Both the position numbers and the translations under genes were made by a program. This document shows, one piece after another, positions 58,899 through 64,000 of a DNA stretch of 64,000 nucleotides (its first letter is position 1; every line of letters begins with the position of its first letter). Source of the stretch: a virus; IMG/VR virus record IMGVR_UViG_3300025133_000032; one strand, 5' to 3'. Below the pieces are notes generated by a model. That model made no database searches, had not been told where the DNA came from, and saw only the letters and a program-made list of their open reading frames with translations.

Positions 58899-60070
58899 TG
58901 TATATTCTCTTCAAAAAATGCATCGTATAAATTAGAGATAGCGCTGAAAGAGAACTTGGCTTTGATATCTTCCGCCAAATCTTCTGCCCATTTAAAAGGT
59001 ACATCAGGCTTCTCTTTAAATTTTCTCAATTTGCGCTTAGCAGATTTCTGATTAACTTCAGCCCATTTTGATCCATTTACAAAAATCCTACCATCTACCC
59101 TTGATGGATGAATCTCTTTTAATTCGAAGTCTAACTTTATAAATTTACCCAAATTCATAAAGTCAAGGTGGCCTGACCAATTCGTCGCGATGACAGTTAA
59201 ACCCGATGCTGCAGCCTCCAGTAATGGTAAACCGAAACCTTCCCCTCGTGTCATACTCAAAAATGCATGCATTTTAGGGTGTCTGTACAGGCCTGCAATC
59301 TCTTTATCATTTAATGTCCCATGAACCAAGTGTACCTTAGGATACTCACCGGTTCTTACTTGCTGTAGTACGCTTTTTAATAAGTTCGTCGTAATCTGTC
59401 TATCAATTTTTGTATCTCGCCCATTATTCGTTTTTAACACAAGCCCGACAGATTTGTTTCCCTTAAATTCTTCGCAGAACAACTTGATCGTATGAAATAT
59501 ACTTTTTCTATCGTTATCAGCGTTTTGACCGGTCGTTTGACCAACCAACAAAAAATTGAAATCTGTATCTAGTTCTAAGTCAATGCTAGCGTCTTCATCA
59601 AAAATGCTGTCAATAAATGACTCTGGAATTACGTGTATGGGTGTTGTGATTTCTTTGCCAGTTGATTGCGACGTTTTTACAAGAACGTCTTTCGTAAAGC
59701 TTGATGGTACGATAACGTGATCCATCATATTAACACTGTCTATCCAAGCTGGATTGCAAACATCAGTTTCGACGGCAGCCGTTACGCCTACATTAACACG
59801 CGCCAGCTTGTAATTCCACTCATTCGGAAGTTGTACCTGCACAGACATATCATACGTCTCATTTTCTGCAGGGCTTGCTTTCTTCATCAACTTACCAATG
59901 AGACCATCTTTTAAGTCACTGTCTAGATACCATGGTGTCGCGCCCCACTGTACAGGTTCAACAAACAATTCTACATCATCTCTACCAAGAAGCCATCTAG
60001 CAATTTGTCTAGAATGAACGCCATACCCACTTTGGCTTAATACTGGTGCTCTTAGAATAACTTTTTTCAT
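58895..60070 (-). CDS. Glycosyltransferase, GT-B fold, family 4-like
   Basis: SGYGVHSR, VIVPSSF, TRGEGFGLPLLEAAASG (E-x7-E), IATNWSG. Confidence 0.9.
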   Translation of the reverse strand: MKKVILRAPVLSQSGYGVHSRQIARWLLGRDDVELFVEPVQWGATPWYLDSDLKDGLIGKLMKKASPAENETYDMSVQVQLPNEWNYKLARVNVGVTAAVETDVCNPAWIDSVNMMDHVIVPSSFTKDVLVKTSQSTGKEITTPIHVIPESFIDSIFDEDASIDLELDTDFNFLLVGQTTGQNADNDRKSIFHTIKLFCEEFKGNKSVGLVLKTNNGRDTKIDRQITTNLLKSVLQQVRTGEYPKVHLVHGTLNDKEIAGLYRHPKMHAFLSMTRGEGFGLPLLEAAASGLTVIATNWSGHLDFMNLGKFIKLDFELKEIHPSRVDGRIFVNGSKWAEVNQKSAKRKLRKFKEKPDVPFKWAEDLAEDIKAKFSFSAISNLYDAFFEENIQ

Positions 60071-61332
60071 AAAACCTTATGCTCCCATGGAGAGTAAATT
60101 TCTTCCCTGTTATTTTCCCATTTATCGATTGTTGCGCTAAGTGTTTTATGCCAGTCAGAAACCGTCGTCTTCAAATCAAACTCTGAGTGTACATACTTTC
60201 TTGCTTTCTTGCCCAGGCGTTCTCGCTCATCAGGGCCCTTTTCGTACATTTCTAGCAATGCGTCAGAAACAGCTTCATTTGTGCAATAATCTTCGTAAAT
60301 GTACGGAACCATCTGTGATCCGACCAAAGAACGTTGAGTTACATCAAGTGCAATACCATTCTCAGTATCATCTCGATAATCAACAACCTGCCTAGTTAGA
60401 CCGCCTGTTTTTACAGCAATAATGGGCTTACCACATTGCATAGATTCCAATGTAGATAGCCCAAAACCTTCAGCAGATGAAATATTAAGACAACAGTCAG
60501 ATATATTATGTAATATATTCATTTGCTCGAAAGATAGTCTCTCTTTAGAAAAAAACACACTTTCATTTATATCAAGCATCTCTGACGTCTTTAGCAAATT
60601 TGAGCCTTGGTCATCCAGTGGGTCGGTATGCATCACCATTGTTGCATTCCTGTGACCATGCTTTAGCTCTAGTTTATCAAGAAAAAGCTTCCATGAGACT
60701 AAAACATCATTTGGCCGCTTCCTCTTCGCGTTCCTGTTTACCCATAATACAGTAAATGCATCAGCATTTTTCTTTCCCAACAGGTTAATCTTGTTTTCCC
60801 TGATTACGCCAGCGGGTAATACGTTGAATAACTCTTTCGGAAGAGCATGTGGTATAAAGTTTGTCTTTTTTGGGAAATGCTCTTTTACCATATTATATGT
60901 CAAATGTGAATGGCAATTTACTAAGTCGGTAGACTCATACAGTACCTTATTATACGCTGGCCATGGGCCGTTATCCCAAACATGCCAATAAGCTATTGGG
61001 CAAATTTGATGAATTTCTTCTTCCATCTCCCAGACCCAAATAAAGAATCTAGGATCTGTAAATAAGAATAATACATCAGGCTTCTCAGTCGCTAGAGCTA
61101 ATCTAAGCATATCCCTATTACCAAAGCCGTCGATCGGTTTGATAATAAAATCATCGCTTACCTTTACTACGTCATAATTTGAATGTTTGACAGCAGCGCC
61201 GAAACACCTAAATGAATATTCGCCAGTTTCTAAAAGACCATTGATCAGGTAGCGAGATTGCACGCCGACGCCCGAGGTAGATAACGGGTGGTCCGACAGC
61301 ACTAAAACCTTTTTCTTTTTTCTAGTGTTCAT
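60067..61332 (-). CDS. Glycosyltransferase, GT-B fold, family 4-like
   Basis: SDHPLSTSGVG, NRNAKRKR, SSAEGFGLSTLESMQCGKP (E-x7-E). Confidence 0.9.
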   Translation of the reverse strand: MNTRKKKKVLVLSDHPLSTSGVGVQSRYLINGLLETGEYSFRCFGAAVKHSNYDVVKVSDDFIIKPIDGFGNRDMLRLALATEKPDVLFLFTDPRFFIWVWEMEEEIHQICPIAYWHVWDNGPWPAYNKVLYESTDLVNCHSHLTYNMVKEHFPKKTNFIPHALPKELFNVLPAGVIRENKINLLGKKNADAFTVLWVNRNAKRKRPNDVLVSWKLFLDKLELKHGHRNATMVMHTDPLDDQGSNLLKTSEMLDINESVFFSKERLSFEQMNILHNISDCCLNISSAEGFGLSTLESMQCGKPIIAVKTGGLTRQVVDYRDDTENGIALDVTQRSLVGSQMVPYIYEDYCTNEAVSDALLEMYEKGPDERERLGKKARKYVHSEFDLKTTVSDWHKTLSATIDKWENNREEIYSPWEHKVL

Positions 61333-61374
61333 TTGTTATTGATTATAACTGTATATGTAGTGCTTGTATTTAAA

Positions 61375-61920
61375 TTAAGCTGTAGCAGATTCCATCGTCT
61401 CAAGATCAATAAACGTTATTGTCGTAGGCACTTTAACAGGCAAAAAAATGTAAAGGTACCCAAGGTCTTTTAAAGCCTGCGAAAATATTCTTTCCTGGTA
61501 GTCTTTCATGAAATCGGTGATAAGCTCAGTTGCTATACATGACACGTCAACTTTTACGACAACAACCTTGCTTATATCTTCATTAGACTCATTTTCAAAT
61601 TCATTCATGTTAGGATTATAACTTGCTTTGTTTTGTTGTTTACTTCCAAAGCGAATTATAATTTCATCATCATCGACATACCACCTGTAGTCCGTATATG
61701 CCATATCATGTGCCCCAATGTCACGCCACTCAGCAGTCTCGCCTGATTCATTATCCCATCTTTCATCACCTGGAAGAACTTCTTCTCCACTGTTAAGTCT
61801 ATAATATCCTTCTGGGATTGGGGGCGATGAGTGACATGCTCTGCAGGGTAGTATGTGTTTACCTGATCCAAAATCTATGATAGTAGGTTCTTTTTCACAG
61901 TAATAACAAATTGATATCAT
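61375..61920 (-). CDS. Hypothetical protein with N-terminal CxxC...CxxC
   Basis: CYYC...CRAC; PEGYYRLNSGEEVLPGDERW. Confidence 0.6.
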   Translation of the reverse strand: MISICYYCEKEPTIIDFGSGKHILPCRACHSSPPIPEGYYRLNSGEEVLPGDERWDNESGETAEWRDIGAHDMAYTDYRWYVDDDEIIIRFGSKQQNKASYNPNMNEFENESNEDISKVVVVKVDVSCIATELITDFMKDYQERIFSQALKDLGYLYIFLPVKVPTTITFIDLETMESATA

Positions 61921-61939
61921 AGTTCATATTAGCATAAAG

Positions 61940-62617
61940 TTAACAAAATGTATCACTAAATTGATATAGCTCGTTTTGGCTGTCGACTTGAGTAACATTT
62001 GCAGTGCATCTAACATCGCCGAATAATAATACTTCATCTTGGCCAATATCGAATAGCATCGGAACCTCTTTCCAATTTAAATAAAATCCGTTATTTTGTA
62101 TTGGCGCAGAAAACACTACCACCCAAGCAGGGTAATCCCACTCATCTTCGTCTTTATACCCAGATGGATTATAGTATTCCGAATGAAAATTGCTATGCAG
62201 CATTGCAAGATCACCAATTTTTTTATATGATGTAGTCCAAGATGAAACATCTTCCGTTTGTGACATTCCGCCGCCGCCACCTGCTTTATAGTTAAACGTT
62301 TGGTGGCCGGCGTGGAGCTTAAGCTTTTCTAATTCTTCCAATTTCGTAATAAGTATTACTCGGTATGCAGTTTTAAACTCTTGTGCCGGCTTGAGAACAT
62401 TAGGATAATCATCAGCCATATCACGTATTAAAGCTATTGTCTCTTTTGATATGCCCCCGCCTCCATCTACGTAACGCTCCAGCTGATGTGATGCCCTTCT
62501 CTCTGATGGTACATCTAATTCACCAGTGCCCCTTTCTTGACCTAAGGCATGCTTTTCCCACTCTGGTTCGGCGGCATCTTCTTTAAGAAATACTCTAATA
62601 AATTCTTGTAATAACAT
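61940..62617 (-). CDS. Putative ADP-ribosyltransferase (R-S-E class) with head-protein-type leader
   Basis: AYRV (R), SSWTTS (S-x-S), GQDEVLL (Q-x-E) in canonical order; N-terminal MLLQEFIRVFLKE. Confidence 0.6.
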   Translation of the reverse strand: MLLQEFIRVFLKEDAAEPEWEKHALGQERGTGELDVPSERRASHQLERYVDGGGGISKETIALIRDMADDYPNVLKPAQEFKTAYRVILITKLEELEKLKLHAGHQTFNYKAGGGGGMSQTEDVSSWTTSYKKIGDLAMLHSNFHSEYYNPSGYKDEDEWDYPAWVVVFSAPIQNNGFYLNWKEVPMLFDIGQDEVLLFGDVRCTANVTQVDSQNELYQFSDTFC

Positions 62618-62634
62618 TAATACTAACTATTATA

Positions 62635-63522
62635 TCACATGCTATTTTTGCAATGCTCCGTATTTTCAAAATCACAAAACCTGCATGAATCCCTATTTTT
62701 CAAAAAGAACCCTTTCTTAACAGCCTTCGCATGATTCTTAATAATATTTAATCCTTTAGCTTCAGCTTTTGGACCTACTGAAACTGGCACTAATTGCACT
62801 GCCGGTGATCCTATCTTTGCATCTCTCTTAAGCAAAGCAAAAGCACACCTAATATCTTTTAGAGGAATATTATGCTTTTTTGCCCAAAAGCTCTTATACA
62901 AAATCAATTGCAGCTGTACTTTAAAATCTTGCTTTTTATGACGTGTCCATCCCCAACCGCATGTTTTCCAGTCAATAATCCAGTAAATTACCTTACCATT
63001 CTTCTTCATGACCTTAAAGACTGCATCAATAAAACCTTTCAATGATATAGGTAATCCTTCGATGGGTTCGTATAACCTTTCTTCAGCACCAAAGCACTCC
63101 CAACCAGGAAATTCTTTATTTAGGAATTTTGGAATGCTGTTAAGGATATTGTCTGCTTTTTTGAGCCAATCATCTACATTACCATATCCCCCTGGAGACC
63201 AATCAGGAAAGGGCCCATTCATAAATGCTTCATGATTATCTTTCCAGTCTTTACGAATAAAGTCAAATGCTATCTGTTTATTCATTGTTCCTTTAGAGAT
63301 GAAATATTCATTTGCATTATGACATGCAGTCCCTAACCCAACATGGGGTGTAGTTGAAAATGTACCAAGCTTTTCGATATATAAGAGTTTGTGCCTCCAA
63401 CTACACTCAAGCCAGTTGGCGAGCTCAGAATACGAGACGTGGGGTTTACCAGTAGGCCAATCTACCTCTGTGGATTTAAAGTCTACTGGTAAACCTGTAC
63501 TGGGATCAATAATCGCTGACAT
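62635..63522 (-). CDS. PD-(D/E)xK nuclease, Cas4/RecB-like, with Fe-S cluster cysteines
   Basis: SYSEL...C, GTACH, KGFIDAV, IIDWKT, QLILY, CRFCDFENTEHC. Confidence 0.88.
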   Translation of the reverse strand: MSAIIDPSTGLPVDFKSTEVDWPTGKPHVSYSELANWLECSWRHKLLYIEKLGTFSTTPHVGLGTACHNANEYFISKGTMNKQIAFDFIRKDWKDNHEAFMNGPFPDWSPGGYGNVDDWLKKADNILNSIPKFLNKEFPGWECFGAEERLYEPIEGLPISLKGFIDAVFKVMKKNGKVIYWIIDWKTCGWGWTRHKKQDFKVQLQLILYKSFWAKKHNIPLKDIRCAFALLKRDAKIGSPAVQLVPVSVGPKAEAKGLNIIKNHAKAVKKGFFLKNRDSCRFCDFENTEHCKNSM

Positions 63523-63588
63523 ATAAATTATTATATGTCAGCGTGTGTTTTAAGTTTAAATTTAGTGATTTATGAATTCATGCTTACA

Positions 63589-63999
63589 CTATTTTAAATC
63601 TAAAACTTCTACTGTGCCTGTTTGCAGTGTTCCAAATTCATCATTTACGTTCAATTCGACTATTGCTCCATTCTGAGTAGAACACAATACATCTAAACTA
63701 CTATCATCGAATGAAAACTTCCCAGCAATAACCCCCGTAGATAGCTGGCCAGAACCAGCAGATGTATACTGACTGCAGTTCTTAAAAATCTTTAAAACAG
63801 CTGGCGAAGCATAGATCGTACCCTGCGCAAAATTTTTAGTGAGTTGCCTCTGTACATCGTAAATAATTTCTTGTAATGTTGATAACCAGTGTTCTGGTTT
63901 ACCAGTCCAGCTTGGTCCTCGAGCTGGACTGACTGGTGCTGTTCGTATACCTGTCAGTTTATTAACAAACTGCCCAGGGGTACTTGACCAATAATATTT
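63589..63999 (-). CDS. Divergent major-capsid A-domain paralogue, 5' end outside the window
   Basis: Manual translation KYYWSSTPGQFVNKLTG...GPSWTGKPEHWLSTLQEIIYDV...GTVEVLDLK* aligns with MCP YWSRAPGRFVNKNTG...GPTFTGTVREWYETLVETIIDV...GTVTVRDM. Confidence 0.8.
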   Translation of the reverse strand, partial: KYYWSSTPGQFVNKLTGIRTAPVSPARGPSWTGKPEHWLSTLQEIIYDVQRQLTKNFAQGTIYASPAVLKIFKNCSQYTSAGSGQLSTGVIAGKFSFDDSSLDVLCSTQNGAIVELNVNDEFGTLQTGTVEVLDLK

Positions 64000-64000
64000 T

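Noticed and set aside
72-63235. Plus-strand ORFs in the track (e.g. 9361..10128, 14848..15366, 49204..49758)
   Set aside because: Antisense shadows of well-supported minus-strand genes, with Ser/Phe-rich low-information translations
62635-63522. Cas4-like gene as part of a CRISPR-Cas system
   Set aside because: No repeat-spacer array or other cas genes seen; solo Cas4/RecB-like nucleases are common in phages
1-64000. Alternative genetic code (stop-codon reassignment)
   Set aside because: Core genes are full length under the standard code, and TAA, TAG and TGA all end tightly packed genes
1-64000. tRNA, rRNA or other structured RNA genes
   Set aside because: Intergenic gaps are short and none showed a cloverleaf or recognisable RNA motif by eye; a tRNAscan/Infernal run would be needed to exclude them

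Overview
A 64-kb, AT-rich fragment of a large T4-like (jumbo-type) myophage genome. Essentially every real gene is on the minus strand and reads with the standard code. In transcription order (high to low coordinates) it holds: a truncated divergent copy of the capsid A-domain; a Cas4/RecB-like nuclease; an ADP-ribosyltransferase-like protein with a head-protein-type leader; two GT4 glycosyltransferases; a gp55-like late sigma factor; a ~27-kb baseplate/tail block (gp5-, gp25-, gp6-like, LamG and DUF3751-like proteins); a TOPRIM gene frameshifted at a G7 run; RuvC flanked by two paralogous repeat proteins; an oddly split SbcD/SbcC nuclease; terminase; a portal with two back-to-back HNH inteins separated by 11 residues; prohead protease, scaffold and major capsid protein with its terminator; a freestanding Hef-like endonuclease; an array of small paralogues; ClpP; and a myxobacterial-like hypothetical gene. 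The best candidates for new biology are (i) leader-bearing, late-expressed, probably head-packaged effectors, (ii) an [S/T]GS-sequon plus GT4 virion glycosylation system, (iii) the capsid A-domain paralogue, (iv) the tandem inteins and (v) the charge-zipper split of SbcD. All family assignments come from motif recognition by eye, not database searches.
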